From: Candidatus Thalassarchaeaceae archaeon
GTDB lineage: Archaea; Thermoplasmatota; Poseidoniia; Poseidoniales; Thalassarchaeaceae
Assembly: GCA_030749075.1 (NCBI GenBank)
Contig: JASMKR010000035.1
Span: 15,858 to 79,857, forward strand
Direction: 5' to 3'
Length of the DNA: 64,000 bases
This document shows, in pieces, positions 1-10,102 of the stretch; the stretch's first letter is position 1; the number at the start of each line of letters is the position of its first letter. A model generated the notes under the pieces. The model made no database searches, was not told the origin of the DNA, and saw only the letters and a program-made list of their open reading frames with translations. Made by a program: the position numbers and the translations under genes.

Positions 1-477
1 CACACCCGGGAGTTTTCGCACAAGAGGATAGCGAGGGACAAGAGGGGCTACTTCTGTTTCTCATTCGTCAGGAATCCTTACAAGAGGTTGGTTTCTAGTT
101 ATCGAAACAAGTTCAACAAGGAAGATGAGGCACGATTCCTCTACTCCAACTACCTATTCGGCTACCTTCGAAACGATGACTCGTTCGAAGAATTCGTCAG
201 GAAGGTCACACGGCTTCCAGACTTCTTGTGCGACAGGCACTTCAAGACCCAGCACAGCATCATCTTCTCCCGTGGTGCCAAGATGGACCACGTGGGCAAG
301 GTCGAGGACCTCCCCGCTGACTACGAGGAGATCCGCGAGCGCTACGATTTCAATGATCTCAAGATACTCAACAAGTCACGCGGGACAAGCTCCGATGAAC
401 TGCTGACTGATGAGGTCAAGGGACTCATCCACAAACGCTTCAAGAAGGACTTCGACGCCTTCGGCTACGAAAGATAG
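1..477 (+). CDS. Sulfotransferase family 2 protein, 5'-truncated by the window edge
   Basis: Frame 1 is open from base 1: ...YFCFSFVRNPYKRLVSSY...HFKTQ...DHVGKVEDL...DFDAFGY, the typical Sulfotransfer_2 motifs. Confidence 0.8.
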   Translation, partial: HTREFSHKRIARDKRGYFCFSFVRNPYKRLVSSYRNKFNKEDEARFLYSNYLFGYLRNDDSFEEFVRKVTRLPDFLCDRHFKTQHSIIFSRGAKMDHVGKVEDLPADYEEIRERYDFNDLKILNKSRGTSSDELLTDEVKGLIHKRFKKDFDAFGYER

Positions 478-3400
478 AACGTAACATTCGCTTGATCGAC
501 CTTGAAGGCCTCAATGTCGGCTGGGTGCTTTCCCTCATTGAGCGAGGCTATGCCCGCTCGCGTCTCGGACTTCACATGCTCCCAGTCGTCGTCTGCGAGA
601 TCAAGCCCGTCGACCCACACCGAGAGCCCTATGGTCGCCTCGACATCAAGGTCGAGTTGCTTGCGCTTGGCCTGTACGCGCCGGATTATGTCTCGGGCGA
701 GACCCTTGGAGAGCAGGGAGGAATCGATGTCCAAATCAAGCACTAGAGAGACGTCTCCGGCGTCGTGCGAGATGGTGTGAGCCGCAAAACCGTCCTTCTC
801 TACGCGTCTGACCTCGATGTCATCGGACGTTATCTCGTACCCGGCCAAAGCGGCGATTCCGGCCTCTATCTCGAGCAGTAGTTCATCGGGTTCTGCTAGG
901 TCCAGTTGCGCTAGAACGGAAGAAAGGTCGCCGCGGCACTTGGCACCTAGAGACTTTCTATTCGGGGCCAGCACAATCTTCTGAAATGTGTCGAGATCGT
1001 CCTCAGTGGTCAGAACCTCGACGTTGAGTTCCTCGGCTAGGATATCATGAAATCTCGAGAGGTCGGGACCTCCGACGATCCACCCCGATCGGCACGGGAG
1101 GCGTTGTCTGCGATCTGCCTCGACTCTTATGCGCCGGCCGGTCTCGGCCAGCTCGCGAACCAGTGACATCCCCTGTTCGAGCGCGTGGTCGCGCGGTGAG
1201 AGGTCGCGCTCTACCAGTGGAGAGCCGGGGGGCCAGTCGGCTAGATGGACGGAGGAACCTGTGAGCCCGCGATGGATGGAGTCGGGCATGAATGGGGAAA
1301 CCGGCGCCATCAGTCGACAAACGATTAGCAACACCTCGTGTAAAGTGTGCTGGCAGGCTCGCTTGTCGGTGCTGTCCGATTCATCCCAAAGGCGCCTTCG
1401 CGAGCGCCGGACGTACCAATTGGATAGGTCGTTGATCACAAAGGCCTCGAGGACGCGTCCAGCCTTGTGGAATTCCCACGCAACGAAGTGCTCGTGATAT
1501 TCGTCGGCCATGCCCGATGCCTTGGATACGATCCAGCAATCAAGCGGACTGCGTTGTGAGACGGGCACGAATCCCGACTCGTCATCCGCATCAAAACCGT
1601 CTAGTGCGGCGTAGTCGGCGTGGAAGCGGTAGACGTTCCACAATGTGAGGAACATCTTGGCATAGGACTCTCTGACCCCGTTGGGATCGAAATTGGTCGG
1701 CGACCACGGCGCGCTCTGCGTTGTCATGTACCAACGTATCGAGTCCGCGCCCTCTTTGTTGAAGTGGTTCCACGGGTCGACGACATTGCCCTTCGACTTG
1801 CTCATCTTCTTGCCTTCCTTGTCGAGGATGTGGCCTAGTGAGAGGCAGCGGTGGTAGCAGGTGCTGTCGAACACAGCCGTAGAGACTGCAAGCAGCGAGT
1901 AGAACCAGCCTCGCGTTTGGTCGACGGCCTCGCAGATGTAGTCGACCGGGAAAGAGCTGGAGAATCGGTCCTCGTTCTCGAACGGGTAGTGCCACTGGGC
2001 GAAGAAGGCGCAGCCCGAGTCGAACCAGCAGTCCATTACGTAGGGCTCGCGCACCATCTCGCCCGAGCATCCGTCCGAGGGGCAATGGAGCTTGACATCG
2101 TCCACGTAGGGCCGATGAAGCTCGGGGGGCGCAGGCGAGTCGTCTGTCTTCATCGAGGCCATCTCCTCGATGCTGCCGATGCAGTGCTCGTGACCGCAGT
2201 CGGGGCATATCCAAACCGGAATAGGGGTGCCCCAGTAGCGTTCGCGGCTGATTGCCCAGTCCTTGATATTCGAGAGCCACTCCCCCATGCGCTTGGTGCC
2301 GGTCCACTCGGGAGCCCATTCAACCTCGGAGTTGTGCTGCATTATCTCATCGCGCACAGCAGTCATGCGGACGAACCAACTGTCCATCGCGTAGTACAGC
2401 AGTGGGTGGTCGGTGCGCCAGCAGTGCGGGTAGTCGTGGGTGTAAGTGTGCTCGCGGTACAGCAGGTCCTGGTTGGCGAGGTGGTCGATGATATCGGAGT
2501 CGCAGTCCTTTACATAGCGACCGTCGAGCAGGTGATGGGTCCCGGAGACGAAGGAGCCGTCAATGCCGACAGTATGCTGGGCTGGGAAGCCGACCTCCAT
2601 TCCGAGGTTGTAGTCCTCCTCGCCGTACATCACTGCTGTATGGACCACACCGGTCCCGTCGGTGGTGGTCACGAAATCGGCTGCGACTACTGTCCAAGCA
2701 CTCTCGGAGTCCCCCCTATCGACTGCGTCTGGGAATAGCGGGTGGTAGGGCTTGCCGATGAGTTGCGAGCCAGAGAACTCGTCGATGATCTCTATCTGAT
2801 GGCGTAGCACGTCAGCGAGCAGGTCCTTGGCGAGAATCAACTCCTCTCCGACCTCGGCACCACCGCGCCCGTCCCAAGAGCCTGATGGAGGCTCAGTGAT
2901 ACGGATGCGGCAATAGGTGACATCAGGGGAGACCGCTAGGCCGACGTTGCCTGGCAGGGTCCACGGCGTAGTCGTCCAAGCGAGGACGGAGGCATCGTCA
3001 TCGACAAGTTCGAACTTGATGTAGACAGCAGGCTCTGAGACCTCCTTATAGCCCAGCGAGACCTCGTGTGTGGAGTAGCTGGTCCCCGTCTGGGGGCAGT
3101 ATGGCAGGACCTTGTGACCACGGAAGAGCAATCCCCTTTCGAACATCTGCTTGAGTGACCACCATGCCGACTCGATGTACTCGTCGTGCAGAGTGACGTA
3201 GGGGTCATCCTTCATTTCGATCCAGAAGCCCATGCGCTCGGTCATCTCGCGCCAAGCCTTCTCGTAAGTCCAAACGCTCTCCTTGCATTGCTCGTTGAAG
3301 GCCTCCATTCCGTAGTTCTCGATGGCCTCGTTGGACATCAGGTCGAGCTGCTTCTGAACCTCTATCTCGACAGGGAGGCCGTGAGTGTCCCAGCCTCCTT

Positions 3401-3650
3401 TGCGGTCGACGATGTGCCCCTCCATGGTCTTCCATCGGCAAACCATGTCCTTGAACAGCCTCGAGATGACGTGGTGAATGCCCGGTCGGCCGTTTGCCGT
3501 GGGGGGTCCCTCGAGGAAGGTGAAGGGGTTGTCTCCGTCTCGACGCGCCTCGATGGTCGCCTCAAAGGTCCCCTCTGCATTCCAGGTCTCCATCAAGGCA
3601 TTCTCTAGGGCGACCGGGTCGAGTTCACCAGGTGGATTGGGTACTCCCAT
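465..3650 (-). CDS. ileS: Isoleucine--tRNA ligase (type 2 / archaeal-eukaryotic-like)
   Basis: EGPPTANGRPGIHH (HIGH variant), GWDTHGLP, WTTTPWTLP, DWAISRERYWGTP, DQTRGWFY, KMSKS. Confidence 0.97.
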   Translation of the reverse strand: MGVPNPPGELDPVALENALMETWNAEGTFEATIEARRDGDNPFTFLEGPPTANGRPGIHHVISRLFKDMVCRWKTMEGHIVDRKGGWDTHGLPVEIEVQKQLDLMSNEAIENYGMEAFNEQCKESVWTYEKAWREMTERMGFWIEMKDDPYVTLHDEYIESAWWSLKQMFERGLLFRGHKVLPYCPQTGTSYSTHEVSLGYKEVSEPAVYIKFELVDDDASVLAWTTTPWTLPGNVGLAVSPDVTYCRIRITEPPSGSWDGRGGAEVGEELILAKDLLADVLRHQIEIIDEFSGSQLIGKPYHPLFPDAVDRGDSESAWTVVAADFVTTTDGTGVVHTAVMYGEEDYNLGMEVGFPAQHTVGIDGSFVSGTHHLLDGRYVKDCDSDIIDHLANQDLLYREHTYTHDYPHCWRTDHPLLYYAMDSWFVRMTAVRDEIMQHNSEVEWAPEWTGTKRMGEWLSNIKDWAISRERYWGTPIPVWICPDCGHEHCIGSIEEMASMKTDDSPAPPELHRPYVDDVKLHCPSDGCSGEMVREPYVMDCWFDSGCAFFAQWHYPFENEDRFSSSFPVDYICEAVDQTRGWFYSLLAVSTAVFDSTCYHRCLSLGHILDKEGKKMSKSKGNVVDPWNHFNKEGADSIRWYMTTQSAPWSPTNFDPNGVRESYAKMFLTLWNVYRFHADYAALDGFDADDESGFVPVSQRSPLDCWIVSKASGMADEYHEHFVAWEFHKAGRVLEAFVINDLSNWYVRRSRRRLWDESDSTDKRACQHTLHEVLLIVCRLMAPVSPFMPDSIHRGLTGSSVHLADWPPGSPLVERDLSPRDHALEQGMSLVRELAETGRRIRVEADRRQRLPCRSGWIVGGPDLSRFHDILAEELNVEVLTTEDDLDTFQKIVLAPNRKSLGAKCRGDLSSVLAQLDLAEPDELLLEIEAGIAALAGYEITSDDIEVRRVEKDGFAAHTISHDAGDVSLVLDLDIDSSLLSKGLARDIIRRVQAKRKQLDLDVEATIGLSVWVDGLDLADDDWEHVKSETRAGIASLNEGKHPADIEAFKVDQANVTFYLS

Positions 3651-3754
3651 CGAACCATTCGACCAACGGCGCTGTATTGAATATGCCTCGTTCGCCCATA
3701 GGGCGAATTTATCGATTAGCAGGTTTCAATAGTGGCCGTCTAAACGGTCAGAGC

Positions 3755-4423
3755 GTGTCCGACACCGCAACCATCGCTGTAAGCGGAATGACCTGCACTG
3801 GATGCTCGGGGAGGGTGAGGGGGGCGCTAGAATCGCTTGAAGGGGTTCTCGCTGCAGAAGTCTCTCACGAGACGGGGCAAGCGATAGTGACTCACGATGG
3901 AGTAGACAGACCTGCTCTGGTAGGCGCCATCACGGAAGTTGGCTATTCCGCTGATGGTGAGGCCATGGATACGGAGTTCAACTGGGGGGATGGTTCGGTG
4001 TGGCGGCAGTCGGCACACAATACAAAGTGGTGCCTGATTGGATGCTCCATCGGCGAGTTCGGTACCTTGGCCGCCTACTCTGTATTCTCGATAGGTGCCT
4101 CGGTAGTGACTGGCTCCAACCTCTATTTCCTACTACTTATTCTCCCTCTCGTTAATGGCCTGATAACCAGCGTGATGCTGGAGACTGGCATACTGATGCG
4201 TGGCCAGATGGACTTCAGGAATGCCCTTTCCACCGCACTCGGAATGTCATTCATCTCCATGCTGATGATGGAAATAGCAATGGAGATCACGGATCTGTGG
4301 TTTACTGGAGGCGAACTGGGCTTGTACCCAATCGCAATTCCATTCATGCTTCTCGTCGGCTTCCTGACACCTTGGCCGTACAACTATTGGCGGCTCAAGA
4401 AGTTCGGCGTGGCATGCCACTGA
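3755..4423 (+). CDS. Heavy-metal-associated (HMA) domain + DUF4396-like membrane protein
   Basis: GMTCTGC metal-binding motif; C-terminal hydrophobic domain with CLIGCSIGE and PYNYW..K.G..CH; start moved to GTG 3755. Confidence 0.8.
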   Translation: MSDTATIAVSGMTCTGCSGRVRGALESLEGVLAAEVSHETGQAIVTHDGVDRPALVGAITEVGYSADGEAMDTEFNWGDGSVWRQSAHNTKWCLIGCSIGEFGTLAAYSVFSIGASVVTGSNLYFLLLILPLVNGLITSVMLETGILMRGQMDFRNALSTALGMSFISMLMMEIAMEITDLWFTGGELGLYPIAIPFMLLVGFLTPWPYNYWRLKKFGVACH

Positions 4424-4469
4424 GCGAGGTCCGGCAACCTTGAATGCCCCCTTTCCCCCCTGAGGGTCG

Positions 4470-6191
4470 ATGGCTGGGCTCGTTGCGCTCCTGCAACTGA
4501 ACCCAATAGTCGGTGACATCGAGTTCAATGTCGCTGAGATCGAACGGGCGAGTGCCCTTGCCGCTACAAAGGGTGCTGTGCTTGCTTGGACCAGCGAACT
4601 GGCAGTGTGTGGCTATCCACCGCGAGACCTCTTGCTCGAGGAAGGATTCGTGAACAGGTGTCAAGATGCTGCTAGCGCAGTCCAATCCCCCATTCCGACG
4701 CTAGTGGGAACTCCGATTGATTCTGGCTCCGAGCGCACCAAGCCGGCCAACGGCGCGGTTCGAGTCGGGCCGGATGGGTCAAGCGAAGTGGTCTGTCGCA
4801 AGCAACTGCTTCCTACTTACGACGTGTTCGACGAGGCCCGCTACTTCGAGGGAAATCACGATGCGGGCCTCGCTAACGCTGCGGGCATGCACCTCGGGGT
4901 GACAATATGCGAGGACGCATGGCAGCATGTAGGAGACGTCCCCAACGACTACCTCACCGATCCCATCGAGCAGCTGGCCGAATGGCAGCAGAGCGACGGT
5001 CCGCTTAACCTAACGGTCAACCTGTCTGCAAGCCCCTACCACCTAGCCAAGGAGGGAGGGAGGGCGACTCTGGCTAGGGCGGCCGCAGGTACCCTAGGAC
5101 ATCCCTTCGCCCTTTGCAACCAGGTGGGCGGTAATGATGATCTGGTCTTTGACGGCCGCTCGGTGGTGGCATGGCCCAATGGAGTGGTTGTTCAGGCACC
5201 GGGATGGTGTAGCGGCATACTTCTGTTCGAAATAGGCAATCCTGCTTCATCGGAGTGGGTCCCCCTAGAAACAGCGACGCCCCACGATGGCTGCGATTGC
5301 AATTGCCAGATCGTCGAGGACGGGTTTCCTCAAGTTCCCGAGGCTGGCAGCGACCTGCTTTGCGCAGTCACTTGCGGCCTCAGGGATTACTGCAGGAAGT
5401 CTGGAATAAGGAGCCTGGTTCTCGGGATGTCGGGAGGAATAGACTCAGCCGTATGCACCGCCATAGCGGCGAGAGCCATGGGCCCTGAGAACGTTCTTGG
5501 CCTTTCAATGCCAAGCAAGCACTCTAGTAAACACTCCATCGACGATGCGATTGCGACCGCACGGGCCCTGGAAGTAGAGCTTCTGTCAATGCCAATCAAT
5601 GAGCTCCACGAGGAGGCAGAGGAGACTCTAGCAGCCGAACTTGAGGGTGGCAATCCCGTCGCTGCTGAGAATCTCCAAGCGAGGATACGTGGTATGCTGG
5701 TGATGGGGGCGGCGAACGCCAGAGGCTCGATGGCCGTGGCCACGGGAAACAAGTCCGAGCTGGCCGTGGGATACTGCACCCTGTACGGGGACATGAACGG
5801 GGGTTACGCGCCACTAGGAGACCTCTACAAGACTCAGGTTTACGAGTTGGCGGAAGCGATAAATGAAGATGCCAAGTCCTCGGGCAGACTCCTACCCATT
5901 ACCGCATCAACGATAGCCAAGCCGCCCTCAGCAGAGCTCTCGCCCGACCAAGTTGACCAAGACACGCTTCCCCCATACGACATACTCGATGAGATTCTGA
6001 GGGCCCTCATAGAGGATGGTGCCTCGCCTGAAAGAGTCGTTTCGGCAGGTCATGATCAATCCACGGTTTCATGGGTGGACGAGCACCTCGAAGCGAGCGA
6101 GCACAAGCGCTGGCAGATGCCTCCGGCTCCACGAGTGAGCGAGAGGGCTTTCGGGCAGGGCTGGCGTCAGCCACTGGCTGTCAAGAGGTAG
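4470..6191 (+). CDS. nadE: Glutamine-dependent NAD+ synthetase
   Basis: Nitrilase-fold N-domain (SELAVCGYPP, KQLLP, ICEDAW) + SGGIDS, ENLQARIRG, TGNKSE, PPSAEL. Confidence 0.95.
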   Translation: MAGLVALLQLNPIVGDIEFNVAEIERASALAATKGAVLAWTSELAVCGYPPRDLLLEEGFVNRCQDAASAVQSPIPTLVGTPIDSGSERTKPANGAVRVGPDGSSEVVCRKQLLPTYDVFDEARYFEGNHDAGLANAAGMHLGVTICEDAWQHVGDVPNDYLTDPIEQLAEWQQSDGPLNLTVNLSASPYHLAKEGGRATLARAAAGTLGHPFALCNQVGGNDDLVFDGRSVVAWPNGVVVQAPGWCSGILLFEIGNPASSEWVPLETATPHDGCDCNCQIVEDGFPQVPEAGSDLLCAVTCGLRDYCRKSGIRSLVLGMSGGIDSAVCTAIAARAMGPENVLGLSMPSKHSSKHSIDDAIATARALEVELLSMPINELHEEAEETLAAELEGGNPVAAENLQARIRGMLVMGAANARGSMAVATGNKSELAVGYCTLYGDMNGGYAPLGDLYKTQVYELAEAINEDAKSSGRLLPITASTIAKPPSAELSPDQVDQDTLPPYDILDEILRALIEDGASPERVVSAGHDQSTVSWVDEHLEASEHKRWQMPPAPRVSERAFGQGWRQPLAVKR

Positions 6192-6199
6192 GTTATCAC

Positions 6200-6352
6200 A
6201 TGGACGAGGATGCCGGCCCGCCCGAGCACTACAGAAAGAAGCGGGACCTCTACAGTGGAATGTTGCTACAGTCGTTGTACTGGGCCCTTAGGAGTGCAAT
6301 TGTGGTTGTGGTGGTGCTTGGTCTCCTAGCCATGTTCAGCCCCCTGCTTTGA
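6200..6352 (+). CDS. Small membrane protein (50 aa), hypothetical
   Basis: ATG just after the nadE stop; one hydrophobic C-terminal helix. Confidence 0.45.
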   Translation: MDEDAGPPEHYRKKRDLYSGMLLQSLYWALRSAIVVVVVLGLLAMFSPLL

Positions 6353-6361
6353 TACTCCCCC

Positions 6362-7258
6362 TCATTTCCTCTTGTCTTCGACTTTCTTCTTGTATGCCGC
6401 TGTAGAATCCGCTTCGGTCCACCCATCCAAGAAGAGCCCCCCGCCCTTGTGGACGCCACCCCTCACGTTCCCTTTCCGAGGTTTCCTGTCTTGATTGCGA
6501 GACAATAGGTGGCGGCTAAAGGACTTGGGGAGGCCATCCGCACCCCGTTCAGACTGGGAGAGTGAGTATGCCCTCCATTCGGCTTTGGGTCCTGACTTCT
6601 TCACGGTGATAGGGTCCCCGTCATCCCCCATAGTCAAACCAAGAACAGCGCCCAAGGCCAATAGTAGCAGTGAGCAGAACATGGAAGTATGGCCCGTTCT
6701 GAACCCCCCAATAATCATCTCAATCAGACCTGAGAGGAAGGGGTCAGGTTCCTCCTCGTGCTCCTCGACGAGTCTGACGAAATCGTCTGCCTCCAAGCTG
6801 TAGTTCCCCCTGCTGCACTGCGATTCTGACTCATTGACGGGATGATGGCAGATCTGCCCTACATAGACCATGGACTGATCGACTAGTTCGGCCCTCTCGA
6901 ATCCTAACTCGCACAGTGGATTGAAGGTGTTGTTTGTGTGGCTGAAGTTGGAGGGCTTCTCTGCACCTTCCGACCATACCAGCAATGTGAGATTCTGGCA
7001 CGAGTCCCACATCCCGTTCCCGTCGAGATCGACGTAATCGCCGAAGACGTAGGCCGCCCAACCAAGATTTTCGGTGCCCAATGAGTCATCGAAGAACAAA
7101 GTCCCGTTGACTCCGCTAAATGCAAATGTGGGGGATGAATCATCCGAATCACTGGATTCGCCGATAGGCAACTCAGTTCCAGTGATGATGACCAAGACAC
7201 TAACAAATAACACGACCGTGCCGATTGCCGCAGTCAGGTTCGCTATCGGATGCACCAC
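6362..7258 (-). CDS. Hypothetical membrane-anchored protein
   Basis: N-terminal TM, acidic Cys-containing external domain, second TM, basic tail. Confidence 0.65.
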   Translation of the reverse strand: MVHPIANLTAAIGTVVLFVSVLVIITGTELPIGESSDSDDSSPTFAFSGVNGTLFFDDSLGTENLGWAAYVFGDYVDLDGNGMWDSCQNLTLLVWSEGAEKPSNFSHTNNTFNPLCELGFERAELVDQSMVYVGQICHHPVNESESQCSRGNYSLEADDFVRLVEEHEEEPDPFLSGLIEMIIGGFRTGHTSMFCSLLLLALGAVLGLTMGDDGDPITVKKSGPKAEWRAYSLSQSERGADGLPKSFSRHLLSRNQDRKPRKGNVRGGVHKGGGLFLDGWTEADSTAAYKKKVEDKRK

Positions 7259-7325
7259 GACTCCCTATCAGCCGCACGGGGTCTATGCTCAAGGGCATTA
7301 CGTTGGGAGGCTATCCTTCGGCCCC

Positions 7326-7778
7326 CTACTGGAAGGCGATTGCGTAAGCCGCTACCAACATCACCAGAATCCACAGCTTCGCCATTCGTTTGCGTCGTCG
7401 CGGCGAGTTGCCTGAGAGCGTGACCCTGAACAGAGTTAGAGTCGAGACCATTCCAAAACCAAAGGTAACCACAAGTGCGTTCGAACCCATTGCCCAATGG
7501 AATCCTTCGTCGGTCGCGGAGGATGTCGAGCTGCCTTCCTCATCCAGTGGGCCTCCCTCGCCAGCACCGTCCTCGACAGCGTTCACCCCTAGGAAGAGCA
7601 GGGCTAGGGCGACCAAGCTAGTTACCTGCCCGATTAGCAAGAAGGAGGAGGAGGCATCTCCCCGCCCCCCACGCCACTTGTGAATCGGGGCTCGTTTGGA
7701 TTTGGTACGTTCGTCCCCTTTCTTTCGATAGGAGGAGTCGTCGCGGTTAGACCAGCGTGACCTTGGGGACGTCCCCAT
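7326..7778 (-). CDS. Hypothetical membrane protein
   Basis: 150-aa ORF with three hydrophobic segments, co-oriented with neighbours. Confidence 0.55.
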   Translation of the reverse strand: MGTSPRSRWSNRDDSSYRKKGDERTKSKRAPIHKWRGGRGDASSSFLLIGQVTSLVALALLFLGVNAVEDGAGEGGPLDEEGSSTSSATDEGFHWAMGSNALVVTFGFGMVSTLTLFRVTLSGNSPRRRKRMAKLWILVMLVAAYAIAFQ

Positions 7779-7836
7779 GGACTGGAAAGTAAGACTGTGC
7801 TTAATTGGCTTGCGCGTGGTGGCTTCAGAGGTATTC

Positions 7837-8370
7837 TCACTCTTCGGATGAGGTTCCCTCGATTCGCCTTAGGATATCCCTGATCTCGACCAGCACGTTC
7901 TCGGAGGATGAGGTTTGGGTTTGCATTGAGGTCGCTTCGACGCCCTTGTGCGCGATTCCATCACGCTGCCTGAGGACGAGGTCACGGAAGCCGAGGGCGT
8001 CGGAGACTCCGGTTAGCGAGGCGCTTCCGCCACCACCACTGCCTCCTGCGGTCTCGATTGTTAGGTGGCAGAGGCCCATAGCGCTGAGAATCGGGCCCTC
8101 GATTACAGCCATGTCGGTGATCTTGTCGAGAGGGATGTTCTGCTGCTTCTTGAACAGCCATCCCTTGCGGACGTTTAGGGAGCGGTCCGTCAGGTCCATC
8201 CCGAGGTTCTCGTACTGTTTCTTATGGACAAAGTACCCGATAATAACCCACACGGGAATCAATAAGACTCCGACCATAGTGACTAGAAGCATGAAATTGG
8301 CCATCAACCACCAGTAGATAATCAGCCTCCTGTCGAACTGTGCAGAAGCGAGCATCCTGTGCTCACCCAT
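7837..8370 (-). CDS. Bacterial PH-domain (bPH_2) membrane protein
   Basis: TM hairpin, then KGWLFKKQQNIPLDKITD..GP...GL..L.IETAG. Confidence 0.8.
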   Translation of the reverse strand: MGEHRMLASAQFDRRLIIYWWLMANFMLLVTMVGVLLIPVWVIIGYFVHKKQYENLGMDLTDRSLNVRKGWLFKKQQNIPLDKITDMAVIEGPILSAMGLCHLTIETAGGSGGGGSASLTGVSDALGFRDLVLRQRDGIAHKGVEATSMQTQTSSSENVLVEIRDILRRIEGTSSEE

Positions 8371-8404
8371 AGTTTACCGGCTATTCCCAACTACTTGAGG
8401 ATGA

Positions 8405-8782
8405 TTGGAGTGGGAGAACATACTCAAGTCCCGGCACCCACGGACAATCGTGGATTACGTAGGGATGTTGCAGACGGCTTCCCTGAGCCTTTGCAGCCTC
8501 GCTGTGGTTCTCTGGATGTCCATAGGGACACTCTCGCGCACGACCGAGCGCGAGACGCTGGCCCAGCGTACCATCGCTGCCATGTGCCTCGCATCTGCTG
8601 TGTTGCTATTCGCTCTACACCACGCTGGCGGGGAGCTCTGGGGTTCGAGGAACGTCGCTAGACTCTTCGCTGTCGTCGCGGTAATCGTGGCTCTCGCCTC
8701 GATGATGAACATCAAGGGCAAGGACGTCCAAGGGGAGTCGAATCCCCATTCAATCATGAGGAGCCGTCGAGAGGAGGAATGA
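8405..8782 (+). CDS. Hypothetical membrane protein
   Basis: Three TM-like segments; true start may be ATG 8466. Confidence 0.55.
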   Translation: MEWENILKSRHPRTIVDYVGMLQTASLSLCSLAVVLWMSIGTLSRTTERETLAQRTIAAMCLASAVLLFALHHAGGELWGSRNVARLFAVVAVIVALASMMNIKGKDVQGESNPHSIMRSRREEE

Positions 8783-8784
8783 GG

Positions 8785-9060
8785 CTACCCCGCGTTCAAC
8801 TTGTCATCGATGAAGGAGCGCATGTAAGCCGGAAGCTCCCCGTTAACGAATACGACGTCCTCGACCTCATCCAGCATCATCAATGAGTAGTAGATCTGCA
8901 TCGCAGTCATCGGGGTGGCGCTGCAGCCCGTACAGCCGCCCTCGAGGGAGATCATGACCACCCCGTCGGCAGTGTCTACTACGTTGACTACCCCGTCATG
9001 AGCATCCAATACCACTTGGACGGGCCCCACCGAGTCCAGGATTAGTTGCTTATCGACCAC
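8785..9060 (-). CDS. NifU/Nfu-type Fe-S carrier domain protein
   Basis: L.AHDG.V..V......V.ISLEGGCTGC (CxxC) Nfu signature. Confidence 0.85.
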   Translation of the reverse strand: MVDKQLILDSVGPVQVVLDAHDGVVNVVDTADGVVMISLEGGCTGCSATPMTAMQIYYSLMMLDEVEDVVFVNGELPAYMRSFIDDKLNAG

Positions 9061-9122
9061 AGGGTCACCTTCGCACCGCTCTTGAGCGGGGGGCTTTCAA
9101 ACACTTGCCCTCTCGGAGCGTC

Positions 9123-10022
9123 ATGGGAGCCGGAACCCGGGTTCTTCTCATCGACCTGCTGGTCGAGCGCTCGGAATTCGGGCATGGGGGGAATCAGGAG
9201 ATTGTGCGCCCCATTGCTGACTCGGGGAGTGTTGAGGTGCTGCTGGTGACTCCGCAGATGCAGTCCGAGGAAGCGGGTCGGCGTGCCCAGGAGGCTGGCG
9301 AGGTCGCTATCACAGAGGAGGATGTCCCCCACTGGGACGATGACTTCGGATTCTGGGCCGAATGCGTAGTCGAAATGGGCGGCAACAGGGTCACGTTCAG
9401 ACGAATAGCCATGCCCCTGCACGGCGAAGATTCACCGACTGCAGAGTGGTTGGGCAGTATTGCACCCGATGCGGTCATCTGCTCCGGGTCACGTCGAAAC
9501 GTCTCGATCTGGGAAGACTGGATGGATTGCGGCGCCGCCTTATTGAGATCCGCTATCTCAATAGGAATTCCCACTCTGGGAATCTGCTTCGGCCACCAAC
9601 TCCTCTGCAAGGCGCTTGGGGCAACCGTAGAAAGGGCCGACTCGCTATCCAACGGTGTCTGGGATCTGGATCTGACTGAAGAGGGCGATTCAGACGAGCT
9701 CTTCGCCTCGAGGCGGTCGGGTGGGGAGGGCTCACCAGTCGTCCTCTTCACACACAGAGACCATGTGATGTCGGTGCCTGAGTGTTGCACTCTGCTAGGT
9801 AGCACGGAACACAATGGCGTCACAGCCGTGAGAGTCAACAGCGAAGATGGCGTCTCTTTGCCGGCTTGGGGCGTCCAGTTCCATCCCGAGGCTGCCAAGG
9901 CTCGTATAGAGCGCGCCTTCGAGTGGGGACACATCACTCGCGAGGAGCTTGTGTCGTTCCAGCGAGAACATGACGGAGCTGGCATTCTCGAATCCTTCGC
10001 GGCTGTGATCACGGGCCACTAA
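9123..10022 (+). CDS. Type 1 glutamine amidotransferase-like protein
   Basis: LGICFGHQ nucleophile elbow and QFHPE (Cys-His-Glu triad). Confidence 0.85.
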   Translation: MGAGTRVLLIDLLVERSEFGHGGNQEIVRPIADSGSVEVLLVTPQMQSEEAGRRAQEAGEVAITEEDVPHWDDDFGFWAECVVEMGGNRVTFRRIAMPLHGEDSPTAEWLGSIAPDAVICSGSRRNVSIWEDWMDCGAALLRSAISIGIPTLGICFGHQLLCKALGATVERADSLSNGVWDLDLTEEGDSDELFASRRSGGEGSPVVLFTHRDHVMSVPECCTLLGSTEHNGVTAVRVNSEDGVSLPAWGVQFHPEAAKARIERAFEWGHITREELVSFQREHDGAGILESFAAVITGH

Positions 10023-10102
10023 GTGATTACCCGAAACCTCCGAAAATGGTGGATTTGGATTAAATACGTAACTCGGGTCGCCGGGGCGACGCAGGTGAGG
10101 AC

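Noticed and set aside
1591..2738. Long alternative ORFs (1591-2319, 1851-2738; likewise 9194-10012, 11389-12003, 46828-47727)
   Set aside because: They are shadow ORFs overlapping well-supported genes in GC-rich DNA and show no recognisable motifs.
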